64,000 nucleotides of DNA from Eledone cirrhosa. Taxonomy: Eukaryota. Positions 40,343-57,811 of the stretch are shown piece by piece. The notes beneath the pieces are model-generated. The model saw only the letters and a list, made by a program, of their open reading frames with translations, searched no databases and was not told the DNA's origin. A program made the position numbers and the translations under genes. Numbering within the stretch: position 1 is the stretch's first letter; every line of letters begins with the position of its first letter. The stretch covers positions 237,894,001-237,958,000 of the forward strand of contig OZ024742.1 of assembly GCA_964016885.1 (NCBI GenBank), in the 5' to 3' direction.

Positions 40343-41832
40343 AATTGTCTCTACTTTTGGCACAAGGCCAGCAATTACCCAGTACATTACTGGTACTTTA
40401 TTTTATCGACCCCGTAAGGATGAAAAGCAAAGTTAACCTCGGCGGGATTTGAACTCAGAACGCATGGGGCCATAACTCTATGCTGAAAAGCATGGTGTAC
40501 GACACTCTACCAATTCTGCCAATCTACCATGATTTCTTTTATTTGCCACAAAGGCAACGAATATGGCTAACATTACAAAGATAGGTAACATAATGTGAGG
40601 GCGTTCATAAAAATTGAATGAGGAAAAAAAGAGGTATACAGATGATGATAAACAGTCTTGATACAGGTTCCCTTACACAAATAAGAAAATACAATGCTGC
40701 ACGCTCCCCGGGGATAGGGAGGTGCAACATATAATGCAGTCAAATCTTACATTAATCTACATTTGGCACAAGGCCAGCAATTTGAAGAGAAGGGGAAAAG
40801 TCGATTAAATCGACCTCAGTACATTACTGGTACTTTATTTTATCGACCCCGTAAGGAAGAAAGACAAAGTTAACCTCGGCAGGATTTGAACTCAGAACGT
40901 AAGGGGTCATAACTCTATGCTTCAAAGCATGGTGTCCGACACTCTACCAATTCTGCCAATCTACCGCCTTGTCTATTGAAGAAATAATAACAACAGATGG
41001 TTTCTAATTTTGGCACAAGGCCAATGGTTTGTGTGTGTGTGTGGGGGGGGGGTCGATTATATCGACTCCAGTACTTGACTGGTACTTTATTTTATCGACC
41101 TTGAAAGGATGAAAGGCAAAGTTGACCTCTGCTGGACTTGAACTCAGAATGTAAAGGATGCAACTAAATGCCGCAAAGCATTTTGTCCGACGCTCTACCG
41201 ATACTGCCAATCCACTGCCCTCAATAACAATAGTAATAATAATGGTTTCTTATATAGGCACAAGGCCAGCAATTTTGGAGGGAGGGGAAAGTCGATAAAA
41301 TCGACCCCAGTGCGTGATTGGTACTTTATTTTATCGACCCCATAAGGATGAAAGGCAAAGTTAAACTCGGCGGGATTTGAACTCACATCATAAAGGACCG
41401 TAACTCTATGCTGCAAAGCATGGCGTCCTTTAAATCCGAATCTGAATGATCAAAATCATAATAATTTCTGTTCTAGAGATGATGAAAAAGAACGCACACA
41501 CATACAGATACATAAAATCAAAACTCCAGGACTTACAAACATATACAACATATAGAAAATTGCACTACTAAACTTTGCACATACCCAAAGTACGTACAGT
41601 TGTGCTTGATAATGCAGTGGCTAAACGGAATGCAAATAGCACTAATAATTGTTTCTACTTTTAGCACAAGGCCAGCAATTATCCCAGTGCATTACTGGTA
41701 CTTTATTTTATCGACCCCGTAAGGATGAAAGGCAAAGTTAACCTCGGCGGGATTTGAACTCAGATCGTAAAGGCCCGTAACTCCATGCTACAAAGCATGG
41801 TGTCCAACCCTCTACCGATACTGCCAATCCAC
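40343..41832 (-). mobile_element. Five co-oriented SINEs (40343, 40760, 41017, 41242, 41647) plus a probable LINE 3' UTR stub at ~40530-40750
   Basis: Repeated ggcacaaggcca..tttatcgacc..gaactca; 40531 gatttcttttatttgccac resembles the LINE 3' end at 12-30. Confidence 0.88.
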
Positions 41833-43458
41833 ACTAATAATGATAACAATAAAATTACAAAGAGAAAAGGCACGAACATATTAAGATTATCTGACATAAC
41901 TAATTAGGTTAATTGATATCGAATTTTGTATTTCCATAATTGTATAATAAATTGTCTTAATTATTAGGACTTCACCACAGAACAACAGACAACATTACAT
42001 AACATAGAATAACGCAGCTGCCTTCTACTACCTTTTTACATTCTAGTGGTAGTTGATTTGTATTATTTGAGCTTTGGTTTACATGTTACGGCCAACGGCC
42101 AAGGACATACTGGAGCGCCGCCCCATCTGTGTGAAATGAAACATTATTGAAATAATCATAAACACGATCATCATCATTTCCCACACCTTCACCAACAAGA
42201 TCACCATTACCATCATTATGATAACCACCAATAAGGACATCACCACTACCCTCATCATCATTATCATCAACAAGTCCAGCACATCAACATTATCATCATC
42301 ATCATCAATAACATACCTCCACTACTACAACTTTAATCATCATCACCATTTATACTATTGAGGTTATAGTTGGTGTATTGTGAGAATCGCGCGTGTGAGC
42401 TCAAATATCAGAGGTCAACTTTTCTTTCAGTATTCTGAGAGCGTTAATAAACAAGTACCAGCCAAGTGCAGAGGAGAGCATAAATAGACCCCTCTCTTAA
42501 AACTGGAGGCCTTGTACCTAAAGTAGAAACTGTCATTATTATTTCAACCCTTATTGTGGGTCGATAAATAAAGAACCACTTCATGGGCAATGGACTGGCG
42601 AAAGTATTAAAACGCCAGACGATGTTTTGTGTTATTTGTTCCGAATTCACATCCCGTCTGCTGTCACCGGAAACGTGTCAGTAATGGAAAAACTAACGGA
42701 AACATAGTTTCCTTAGCCCGATCTGACGATCAGCTTCTTTAAGTTCTCTTCCAATTGAACCAAGTCCGGCAGCTGTCACCTATCCGTAACTGAAACTTGG
42801 ACATCAGGAATGATTGAACGCTTAAGAAATTTACTTGCAGTCATGAGGTTCTTGATTCTTTGTGGTATCTTGTTCGACTAAAATCATGTGAGTAAAATTA
42901 GGTCGGATGGGTTGTGCCTGTAACTCTACAGACCAGCGTTATCACTTGTTCTGTCACGCTGAATTTTCCTGAAAAATACATTGTGTACACGAGTCTGTAG
43001 AATACTGTGTCACTTACGCATTAATTTTACGCGAAAGGCGCTCAATTTATACTAACCGTAACAAAATCCTTTGACATTGCATGCCAAATCTTGTGACGCA
43101 CGCAGGTAAAATAGTGAAAAAGCCTTAAGTCCATACATTCTCCCAATTAATATCACCGGTAAATTTAAACCGCGGATCAAAGAGTGAAATCGGGCATTAT
43201 AAATATCAATCTGAATCATATCTCACGCTGTGGGACTCTAAGACGTACATTACAGACGAAGTTCAGCCAAACTGATTCACTTCTCAATTTCAGTTATTTC
43301 CTCTTTATTCCTTTACGGTGTTTATACTATTCTAAAAAAAACTTACTTTGTATCAGAAATGTTTTGTTGTTGGGAACATTAATGTTGTTAATCACAGATT
43401 TTCCCTGGTCTAACAATCTGTGGTTACAGGTGTTTCAGTCAAAGAAATCAAATATATG

Positions 43459-43507
<49 letters not shown>

Positions 43508-43511
<4 letters not shown>

Positions 43512-43672
43512 TTAATATAGATGAGATTCTACAGGACTAGAACTGTTTCATTCTTTAGAATGAAACAGTTCTAGTCCTGTAGAATCTCATCTATATTAAA
43601 ACTTTTATACTCTGCAATGTATTCAGTACCTTACTTACTGTGGTTACCTCCGATTCAACCCGGAATAACGTA

Positions 43673-43674
<2 letters not shown>
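43508..43674 (+). mobile_element. Family D mini fold-back insertion (relatives 53903-54067 and 60515-60668, minus)
   Basis: 96-bp near-perfect palindrome plus ~70 bp tail between (TA)n. Arms contain GAAA-cagttcta-GTC, the 3' half of an HHR. Confidence 0.8.
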
Positions 43675-43714
<40 letters not shown>

Positions 43715-43787
43715 TTTAAGGTATCAAATCATATCAATTACGCTTGATATTAGTGGTTCTATATCGATATATGTATATATATATAGA

Positions 43788-45928
<2,141 letters not shown>

Positions 45929-46199
45929 CATATATCTTATGAGAATACTTAGTATACAAAGCACATATTTCAAAGAAACATACGTAATTAGATGTTAAAA
46001 TAAATTCCTAATAGCGTTATTTCATGATTCGAAGTACCAGAAGTTGAAATCAATGTGAGTAATCTATCATAGATCGCCAACTATCGATTTTCGTTAAGTT
46101 ATGGGCGACGCAAATCAATCATCAGAGGAATCCTCAATTATATAGTATATAATACAATATAACTGTTTATATCTGGAGGGAAATTCAACGAACCATCTC

Positions 46200-46510
46200 C
46201 ATGCTAAAAGGTGCTACTGCCAATAAATTCAAATCTAGATTTTACGCTCATACTCATTCATTTAAAAACAGAAAGCTGAAGAATACAACTTCCCTGGGAA
46301 AATTGTTATGGACACTGAAAGAAGATAATGTTAGATATAATAACAGTAGGTCACCGGTTAATACAGCAAGGCACTGTGCGGGAATTAAATCTAAATGTAA
46401 TCTTTGATTAACGGAGGCATTTTGAAATACTGACCTCCAGTTTGGACTTACTAAATGCAAAAACTGAGGTAATTCTATCTTGTAAAGACAAAACATTTTA
46501 CTCCTTTTAC
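46200..46510 (+). mobile_element. PLE GIY-YIG C-terminal relic
   Basis: GATANKFKSRFYAHTHSF..TTSLGKLLWTLKE..KCNL*LTEAF, then after a frameshift EILTSSLDLLNAKTEVILSCK. Confidence 0.75.
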
Positions 46511-46655
46511 TATAAAATTAAGGAACCTGATTAGGGTAGAATATTAACATTAGAGATCTACTTATAATACTTATATTATTGAGTCGATACATAGATAGCT
46601 ACTTTCTTGCGATGGTTTTTTAATATCTATCCTTTTATATATATTACTATTATGA

Positions 46656-46720
<65 letters not shown>

Positions 46721-46900
46721 TTTATGCTTATATATACACTATATATAATTACAAACAGGAAAGGTCACTATTTTTTTATTTTTTACCACCTTAATACCAG
46801 TATGAAAAATACCTCAATGTAAATACATCAGATGTCTTACAGTGTTTTGAACATAGTTTTGATTATTCTGTAATTGATATATTTGTGTGTGTGTGCGTGT

Positions 46901-46931
<31 letters not shown>

Positions 46932-47382
46932 GGGGTTATGTGTCTGTCTGCGTGTGTGTGTGTGTGTGTGCTAGAATATGCACACGCACATCTGTAGGTC
47001 TGTGTGTGCACGCATACACAAACACACAGACGCTCACGTGTATATTTTGGATTATATGCTGACAAACTTTTAGTTCATCGCCATTTAATTGGCTCGGGTA
47101 GTGGTATTTAATGAACCTATATAATAGTCCATACTGATACATATCTGTGAATACATATATGTAGACATACGTACATATTTTGGATTCTGTAGGAGTGGGG
47201 GGATGCGTACCCAGTTGTGTGTGTGAGAGAATGTGTATGAGTGAGGTTGGGGGAGCTATCATTGTTAAATTAGTTTCTTTCCCTTAATTAATCACTAGAA
47301 TATATATTCCGATTTGTGGTTAAAATATATTGGTAGATTCACTAACCCACTTAATTGGTCATATTATTATTAATTTTAATAT

Positions 47383-47569
47383 AGGGCGGTGGATTGGCAG
47401 TATCGGTAGAGGGTCGGACGCCATGCTTTCCAGCATAGTTACGTCCCTTTACGGTTTGAGTTCAAATACCGTCGAGGTTAACTTTGCCTTTCATCCTTAC
47501 AGGGGTCGATAAAATAAAGTACCAGTAATGCACTGGGTAATTGCTGGCCTTGTGCCAAAAGTAGAAACA

Positions 47570-47655
<86 letters not shown>

Positions 47656-47675
47656 TGTAGTTATTGTTGTTGTTT

Positions 47676-47714
<39 letters not shown>
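47383..47714 (+). mobile_element. SINE with expanded (ATT)n/(GTT)n tail
   Basis: Full SINE 47383-47570 followed by a long ATT run and then GTT repeats. Confidence 0.9.
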
Positions 47715-47715
<1 letters not shown>

Positions 47716-48210
47716 ATATAATATGTTCATACAGTTTTTATCATAAATAAATTGATTTGTAAGTTTAATTTTGGAGTATGTCATTCGTTTGGAAGCCAGT
47801 ATGAATTAATATCTTGCTGCACGTGATAACCAATATCTCTGTTGATGACAATGTGGTTTTGTAAAATGTAAAGAAAACTCTACGGACTTTTTCTGCGTTC
47901 AAAAATATGAACTTGTTGAGGTATTTATTTATAAAATGATTGATTCCGATGAATCCACGAGAATGAAACAATTGTAAATCAAATTGTGATGTAAATAAGT
48001 GTTTGGCAACATATTTAAATGAATAATTTTCTCTATGTGTAAATAATCTCACACAGTAGGAGATCATATAAAAAAATTTAAAATTATATGTAGGCATGTA
48101 TACAGTTCATTATAATAAATTATCGTATTTTGAGCTGCTATAACCTTTTCACCTACACCTTCACTTTTTTTTTATTTGAAAACAAATTTCTTTATATGAA
48201 TATATATATA

Positions 48211-48710
48211 CGACTCCTAACCTTGCACATAACATCACTGCTTTAAATTTAGCTAAATTACCTAGTTGTAGGAACACGTGCAACCCTGTACTAACTGTAA
48301 TTGTAGGAATCGGGTTGATTGCCCCCTATTCGGGAAATGCCTCTCTAATAACATTGTCTACAAATGTAAGGTTGAGACACCCACGTCCCGTATTGTCTAC
48401 ATAGGGTTAACCGCCAATAGATCCAAGCAGCATCTTTACATGGAAGGAATATGACGTCACTTACAGCTTATATCTGGAGTCTAAAAGACAACCACACCCA
48501 ATATAGGTTACACTGGGAGATCCTAGCTAAGGCTAGATCGTATGACGGAAATAAAAGACCATGTGACCTCTGCGCCGCTGAAGCCATGGAAATACTCTTC
48601 GCCAATGACGACATCTTAAACAAAAAAATCTGAGGCAATTTCGGCTTGTAAACATAAATTGCACAAAACTTTCCTGTATTACAGCCCCACTTTATACTCT
48701 AACGGATAGT
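48211..48710 (+). mobile_element. PLE linker + GIY-YIG relic starting at (TA)n
   Basis: TPNLAHNI..CNCRNRVDCPLFGKC..IVYKCKV..VYIGLTAN..YIWSLKDN..RPCDLCAAEAMEILF..CKHK. Confidence 0.85.
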
Positions 48711-49480
48711 ACGAACTGTACGCGGATAATTTACGTCTTGATGTGGTAGCTAAGTATATTTTTTGTTTACCATTACTTATTTGTATAGGTAAGTATATAT
48801 TACCTGTATGTTTTGTGAAGGTACGTATACTTTCTCGTACGTATATTTGCTTGTATTTGTTATAGGCGTATATATTATATTATATATACTGGTACATGTG
48901 TATATGGTTAGTGTCTACGTGAGTTTTGCGTTTGTGTGTGTATGCGGGTTTGCACGTATGAAGGGTGCGTGTATATGTGTACTTTGTGTTTTGGTTGACG
49001 TACGTTTAGCGAACATATGTGTATTTACATGTAGGTGTGTGTGTGCGCGCGTTATATACATATTTATGTGTGTATATTTATATACGTTTATATAATTATA
49101 TGTATACGCGCGCACACACATGTATATATATATATATTTTTATATATGTTTTATGTGTATTTGGTGTATACGTTCGTATGTGTGCGGGTACAGACGTTGC
49201 GTGGGTTTTTGTATGTGTGCGTGTGTTTTTGTGTACGTGCCTGTCTTTGCATACCCATGGCGGGTGTTTTCGCGTATGCATGTGTATGTACGTATATGGA
49301 TGCGTGCATGTATATATTTAATTATTGTTGATTTCAATAACCTCTGTAATTTATTTACATTATTCTTAACTCTGAAGCCGAGAATCATTCGGTTTCCTAA
49401 ATAGAATTTTAGTCTACGACTTCAATTATACCATAGACGTGGTTATTACTTTGCGTGTAATTGTTCTTAGCGCTCCACAT

Positions 49481-49950
49481 AATGGTTTCTTATATAGGCA
49501 CAAGGCCAGTAATTTGGGGGGGAGGGGAAAGTCGATTAAATCGACCCCAGTGCGTGACTGGTACTTTATTTTATTGACCTCATAAGGATGAAAGGCAAAG
49601 TTAACCTCGCGACGTATTATCTTTGCTTTTTCCGTTCACCGCCAGGGAACGTCTCCACGAACCACCTCATAGAATATTAGTCTACGACTTCATTTATACC
49701 ATAAACGTGGTTTTGTCTTTGCGTGTCTTTTCAACGATCCAAATAATGACGTATTATCTTCGTTTTTTCCGTTCTTTGCCAGGGAACGTTTCGACAAACC
49801 AAAGTATCGTCTTCCTGTCTTCCTTCGGTTACAACGTTTTTAGAAATATTTACTTCTGCGTTCACAGATTGATTTTTTTTAGTTTCAGAAGATCCCGTTA
49901 AGGGTGAAAACAGAGATTCTTTGCTTAAACTTTAATCTGTTATTTTAATA
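49481..49950. mobile_element. SINE stub (49481-49608, minus) and Helitron-derived segment (49832-49950)
   Basis: 49832-49950 closely matches 32288-32404. Confidence 0.7.
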
Positions 49951-49952
49951 AA

Positions 49953-50015
<63 letters not shown>

Positions 50016-50049
50016 ATAATAATAATATATATATATATAGGTTAGAGCG

Positions 50050-50113
50050 GTGTTTCTACTGCACCCCGCGGACAAAATGGCAAAGGCATTTCCGCGGGGT
50101 GCAGCAGAATACC
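50050..50113. repeat. GC-rich hairpin heading an unidentified repeat
   Basis: gtgtttctactgcaccccgcgga-18 nt-tccgcggggtgcagcagaatac, just after a TA tract. Confidence 0.6.
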
Positions 50114-51349
50114 CGCTACAACAACACACCCTACCTCGTGGATCTCTTTCTTCAGACAGGCTAATGTCAACACAATTTTACGGAGGTGGTCAGCTGTACG
50201 GGTTCCGGGGAGCGAGTCATCGTCTCATTATCTGTGTTTGTTTATGTTCCATACTTATCCGGTCGACAAGAAAGAGATCGATAAATTGTGTACCAGACTG
50301 AATTTGAAAATATAAGTACTGAGATCGATACTTTCAACATGGCACAGTTTAATGATTGAAACTAGCAAAATAATAAGTGCGTATCCCCTTGCATCCATCT
50401 TAAATTTGGTTGAGACGCCGAATTAAATGCTTCCTTGTTTGGTTTTGCAATCTAAGTTAAGAATTCAAAGGACAACTTAGCCTTTAATCCTCTCGATGTC
50501 GATAAATAAATTAATTGTCCAGTATTGCGTTCGATGCTTCCATTATCTCTATTTATCATTTTGTTTCACTCTCTCTCCTCTCCTCTTCGCTGAAAGAAAT
50601 CTGCTGTGTTCCGTCTGGAAAGGGATGGGCTCCGGCAGGTTTAGAAAAATTGCTTAAGTGATACTGATTATCATGATGGCCCTTTTTTGTTTTTTTCGCT
50701 TCCTTTCCCTTGTCACCGAGTAGGCCACAGAAATAATATATAAACCTCAGCTGGGCTGTGTGTGCAAAAACTACCCATCACGTATTAATGTGTTTATCTA
50801 TCTGTTTTAAATTTCTGTATTTATTTATTAGTTTGTTTATTTATGTTTGTATGTCTTTGATTAGCTGGGATTTGTGAATGTGATACTAGAAATGAAGAGG
50901 TAATAATGCCGAGATTAATTATTGGGTTAGCTAATCCCCCCCCCCCCTCTCTCTCCTTCTCCCTTTCTGTCTCTCTCTCCCTCTCTCTAATTCATTTTCT
51001 CGCTAGATCATTCACACTCTTACTTTTCTAACCCCACCCTCTATCTCTATCTCCCTCCCTCTCTCTCTCTATCTCCCTCTCCCTCTCACTCTCTTTCTCT
51101 CTCACTCTCTCTCTTTCTCTATATATATTGCTTTCTTTCTCACTCGTTCACTATCTCGCTGCATTTCTTTTTCTCTCTTCATTGTGCTACAATTTGTGTG
51201 CATGTACACACACACAAACACACAACATTCACACCCGTACCATACACACACACACACACACACCAAAAACACACATACACATACATAATGAATCATCTGA
51301 ATTCCAAATTATCACGTGCTATTTTACATTCTCTTCCTCTCTTTCTACC

Positions 51350-51400
<51 letters not shown>

Positions 51401-52480
51401 ACACACACACACACACATGTTTGTGTGAAATATTTAACTATATAGTCCGTCAATGATAATACATCGTGCATCGTGGCATGGAGTTTCACAACCAGGTTCT
51501 GTGAACATCAGACGATATATACACAACTGCACACAACTGCACACTTATCGTTATCATCACCATCAACATTGTTATTTTTATTACTACCATCGTTCGCTAC
51601 CCATTGCGGTTTTCATAATCAATTGGGGTCCTTTGGTTGGGGTGTTAGCCCTGGTCCGTCGGTGTGATTAGAATCGCTTGGCAAAATTTGATCTAAAATG
51701 TAAAGTGCCGGAACAAATACCGAAAGGCATCATGTCCTACGTTCTATTGTCTCTACTAATACGCTGCTACATACAAATATGAGTAATATTATCCTCACAT
51801 ATTAATCTTGATTGCTACATGTGAGTTTTCCCCCTTAGATTGGTTGAAATTGATAAGCTTAAATACTTTTTTTAAATATGAGAAGGCTTATATAAACTGC
51901 CTTATGTTTATGAGCAAGTAAAGCTAGTGAATTGTAGTTATAAAAGGTTCAATGTGTATATTGTTGCACGGTATATTAAAAGATGCTATCAAGGAAAAGC
52001 ATGTTTGTTCGGGGTAAACGATTAAGTAGATATTTGTTTAATCAGGTTTTGGTATAATATTTCATAATATTACATATTATCCAGTAAATATCTATCAATG
52101 TGGTAACACCTGACGGACATCTGTGATCTGATATTGTCTACATATTTGTTGAGATTCCCAAATACAGCTTTTTAACTATAGAAAACTCGCAGGTTCTGGT
52201 AATGTTTCTGTATGGTCTACACATTTCAAGGATCTTCTCCGCTTGCTATCAATATACAAAAGTAATTGAATCGTTTTGTTGATTAATCGTCTCTTTATAC
52301 ATCTTATGTAAAACGTGGTTGACGTATCTTTGTTTGAAATTACCTTTCAGCATATCTACATCTCAGTTCTGGTTTGGTTTGGCTTAACATGGAGATAACG
52401 TCTGCGTTGTAGATAATTTCTTGAATGACTAATCGCAGAATGCATTTGTATCTCAGCGTGAACAGTTTGCCTAAAAAAGA

Positions 52481-52706
52481 TATATGAAGCACAAATTTAA
52501 ATAATTTTGAAACCCAAACAATGCATTGGGAAGAACACTAAATCGCCAAGATAACAAAAGAATCTTACGTTAGCAAATTCAATTATCCCAATCTTCAATG
52601 ACTCATCGCAGCATGCATTTATTTATTGTAGATTTGTATATTTGTATTGGCGATTTAATGTTCTTCCTAATGTATTGTTTGGTTTTCAAAATTATTTAAA
52701 TTTGTG

Positions 52707-52712
<6 letters not shown>
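52481..52712. repeat. Diverged ~68 bp inverted repeat ending at (TA)n
   Basis: 52481-52548 is approximately the reverse complement of 52646-52712. Confidence 0.7.
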
Positions 52713-52752
<40 letters not shown>

Positions 52753-52760
<8 letters not shown>

Positions 52761-53334
52761 ATGCTTTGGGAGAGTCATGTTGCCAATAAGAAACACACGC
52801 ACCAGTTGCTTTCACTTCAATTTATTATAAATTAAATTTATAAATTTACTAATTTATATTTTTCCGGTTAGTTGGTTGCACAACCAGACGATTGTTCATA
52901 TATTGTCAAAGTTCTTTCGTCACACATTCTGTGACCTCTTCAGTGACTGGGGATTCTTTTCTTTGTTTTTGTGCCTCTCCTTTGTTCTGTCCTACGCCAT
53001 CTTGTTTTTGAACACACACAAAAACAAGATGGCGTAGGACAGAACAAAGGAGAGGCACAAAAACAAAGAAAAGAATCCCCAGTCACTGAAGAGGTCACAG
53101 AATGTATGACGAAAGAACTTTGACAATATATGAACAATCGTCTGGTTGTGGAACCAACCAACCAACCGGAAATTTATAAATTCCTAAATTTATGAATTTA
53201 ATTTATAATAAATTGAAGTGAAAGCATCTGGTGCGTGTGTTTCTTATTGGCAACATGACCCTCCCAAAGTATAACAATATCGGTTTCAACACACGTTTTC
53301 AGATAAAGAATCTTGCTAAACAAATTCAGAAACG

Positions 53335-53338
<4 letters not shown>
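52753..53338 (+). mobile_element. Family E fold-back element with an HHR in each arm (solo arm at 54877-55135, minus)
   Basis: 52753-53010 is the reverse complement of 53019-53279, then tail 53280-53338 and (TA)n. HHR 53082-53124: gtca-CTGAAGA-g gtca..tgac-GAAA-gaa-CTT-tgac. Confidence 0.85.
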
Positions 53339-53377
<39 letters not shown>

Positions 53378-53381
<4 letters not shown>

Positions 53382-53520
53382 AACGAGTAGGACCCCGACG
53401 GCTGAGCTCAAGCCGTTTCGACGGCTAATTATGGACTCATATTATTACCCACTCTACTACCCTAAGTATTGAGTACTTTGGTGCGTTATGGTCCATCTGG
53501 TTCCTTACCACATCTCCTTC

Positions 53521-53523
<3 letters not shown>
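53378..53523. mobile_element. Family A two-piece mini insertion (antisense tail-less end plus sense tail)
   Basis: 53378-53438 matches 23155-23214; 53444-53523 is the reverse complement of 23077-23155; TA tracts on both sides. Confidence 0.85.
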
Positions 53524-53567
<44 letters not shown>

Positions 53568-53867
53568 GACACACTCATATATAGGAGTAACACTGCGTAT
53601 ATTGTGTATACAGATATTACACATAAACAAAGGCATATTATATGTGTATGTATCTATATATGCATACCTACACATACATATATGCACATGGGGAAGGATA
53701 TGAAAGGTAGAAGCAGGACATAATATTGATGTAGGTGAATTAATGACAATGGGGTTCGTGGGGGTGTAGAATAAGAAGGAGGAGATAAGAAAGAGTGTAA
53801 GAGTAAATGCCAAAATATCTATCTCACCAGCTCCCCCTCTCTATATATATATGTATATATATGTATG

Positions 53868-53902
<35 letters not shown>

Positions 53903-54063
53903 CGCGTTCAAACACGGGTAGCCACAGTAAGTAAGGTACTCAATACATAGAGTATATAATGTTTAATAAAGAAATGGCTTCTACAGGACTAGAACTGTTT
54001 CATTCAAAGGAAATCATTAGGAAATTCCTTTCTAGTCCTCTAAAAACCATTTCTATATTAAAC

Positions 54064-54102
<39 letters not shown>

Positions 54103-54181
54103 TGCATTTGTTAGCTGAGCTGCAACCGTAGCTTCGTTGATGCTGTATTAAATTTTATATATATATATATATATACATATA

Positions 54182-54360
54182 ATTGTTTCTACTTTTGGCA
54201 CAAGGCCAGCAATTACCCAGTGCATTACAGCTACTTTATTTTATCGACCCCGTAAGGATGAAAGGCAAAGTTAACCTCGGCGGGATTTGAACTCAGAATG
54301 GCAAGGACCGTAACTCTATGCGTCAAAGCATGGCGTCCGATCCTCTAACGATACTGGCAT
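54182..54360 (-). mobile_element. SINE
   Basis: Reverse complement of the 28143 SINE. Confidence 0.88.
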
Positions 54361-54383
54361 GGCAATCCAACATACATATAATG

Positions 54384-54485
<102 letters not shown>

Positions 54486-54486
54486 G

Positions 54487-54534
<48 letters not shown>

Positions 54535-54541
54535 TATATAC

Positions 54542-54641
<100 letters not shown>

Positions 54642-55130
54642 TTGGTTTGCTTTTATCCTTCTATGTTGTTCACTTGTCCCCTCACTTTACGCGATTTACT
54701 GGTCCCAATAACTTTTTTTAGTTATTGCTCGCACCAACCTCAGGTATATGATTTTTAATGCGATGAAATACCAATGATGGTTGGAAAATCACTGACGAAG
54801 GACTATTTTTATCATATGTAACCCATGTGCAACCACGCAGTATTCTTCTTTCTTCTCATGTTTTATATATATATATATTGTTATACTTTGGGAGGGTCAT
54901 GTTGCCAATAAGAAACAGGCGCACCAGTTGCTTTCACTTCAATTTATTATAATAAATTTATAAATTTAGGAATTTATAAATTTCCGGTTGGTTGGTTGGT
55001 TCCAAAACCAGATGGTTGTTTATATATTGTCAAAGTTCTTTCGTCACACATTCTGTGACCTCTTCAGTGAGTGGGGCTTCTTTTCTTTGTTTTTTTGTGC
55101 CTCTCCTTTGTTCTGTCCTACGCCATCTTG

Positions 55131-55575
<445 letters not shown>

Positions 55576-55576
55576 A

Positions 55577-55619
<43 letters not shown>

Positions 55620-55620
55620 T

Positions 55621-56088
55621 ATACGATATTAATAAATGGAAACTATATTTATAAAACCATATTTATTTCATTATACATATTTCAGGGATACCAAATTAAA
55701 TTATGGTATGCCTTCATCAGACAAAATACAATATATAACAGTTTTACAAATAAGCTTTGACGTACCCTTTTAAAATGCAACCATTGTTTTTGGAAGCCAT
55801 CCGGATAGCTTCCAAAAACAATGGCTTCCAAAAACAATGGTTGCATTTTAAAAGGGTACGTCAAAGCTTATTTGTAAAACTGTTATATATTGTATTTTGT
55901 CTGATGAAGGCATACCATAATTTAATTTGGTATCCCTGAAATATGTATAATGAAATAAATATGGTTTTATAAATATAGTTTCCATTTATTAATATCGTAT
56001 ATCTACTCCAAATACTTGTCGAGTGCTTTATATCAGTTATAAAAATATTTACTTGTTGTATCCCAACAATTTTAAATAGAACTTTTGC
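55621..56088 (+). mobile_element. Family B fold-back element with an HHR in each arm plus tail
   Basis: 55621-55800 is the reverse complement of ~55820-56001. HHR 55893-55957 (+) and 55664-55728 (-). (TA)n on both sides. Confidence 0.88.
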
Positions 56089-56223
<135 letters not shown>

Positions 56224-57484
56224 AAATATAAAATAATCTAATATATATTTACATATATATTAAAGTTAAATTTGTATAAATATATAATGTGTAACCGAGA
56301 CTGCATCAATGAGATTAAATATGCATACATATCTAATATGTAAGAATGTAAACATGTTAGAAAATACGAATTTCCCTGTAAATTGAAAATATATGAGACA
56401 TTTATATTTTCAGATCTAATTGGACCTTCATAAGTAAACCTGTATATCATTTAATCATCCACATAGAAATATGTATTTGACATATTTGACATTCGCTCTT
56501 AAAATCAGTCTGAAATATACGTAATAATTTGCATATAATTAGCACTGAATTAGCACTGGTGGTAATTAATTAAGATAATTAATTAATATCAAGAAGTGTG
56601 CTCGCAACCGACATATATGATAAAGTTATATCTGTATAAATACAGACTGTGTAAAGGAGACTGTACCAACGTGTATAAATATATGCACATATCTAATATG
56701 TAGGTATGTAAACATGCGAGAAAGTAGGAATTTCCCCGTATATAAATGATATAAATGATATAAATGATATAAATAATAAACATCTTTAATCGATTTGCGA
56801 ATCTAAAATTGGATCCTCATCCACTCAGTGTATATCATCCACTCAGTGATATGCAAATTTGTATGTCCATTTCAGAATGAACTAAAGACGAATGGGTATA
56901 TATATCCATGAAATACGCATTTCCTTGTGATTTATTAGATGGTATACACGTCGTTTGATAAAGGTCCAAATAGATCCGAAAATCAATTAAAGATGTTTAT
57001 GATTTTTTTTTTCAATTTACAGGGAAATTCGTATTTTCTGGCATGTTTACTTGCCTATATTTAGATATGTGTATATATTAATACATATTAGATATGAATA
57101 TGTATTTAACACTTTGGTGTAGCCACAGTTACAAACTCTGTATTTATACACACAAACACACAGATGCATATGTATGAATCTATATATTATATATATAGAT
57201 ATTCATATATGCATTGGCATCCATATATATATATGTATGTGTGTGTACACATGTGTGTATGTGTGCTGCATATACATATATATATATATCCATGCATATA
57301 TCCATGCAAATGTGTGTGTGTATGTGTGTATGTGTGTGTGTATACAAAGTGGTGACAGGAAGCAAAATAGAGAAATACATTGATTAAAGAACTTTCGAAC
57401 TGTAAAATAAACTTACATCATCAATCTCTGTCGTTATCTATATGTTTCTTGATATTGAAGAATCACCCCCCACCACCACCCACA

Positions 57485-57564
<80 letters not shown>

Positions 57565-57641
57565 CAACATATATACTGGGGAGGAATTTCTGGTACTAGC
57601 ATTATTACTGCATATATTGTTACCACTACTAACACCACTAG

Positions 57642-57684
57642 ATACCACCAAACATTTTTACCATCACTGCTACTACTACTATCG

Positions 57685-57743
<59 letters not shown>

Positions 57744-57778
57744 GCTACTACTGCTACTACTACTACTACTACTACTAC

Positions 57779-57811
<33 letters not shown>

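Noticed and set aside
46080-46130. Minus-strand CTGATGA..GAAAatcgata
   Set aside because: Stems I and II do not pair convincingly.
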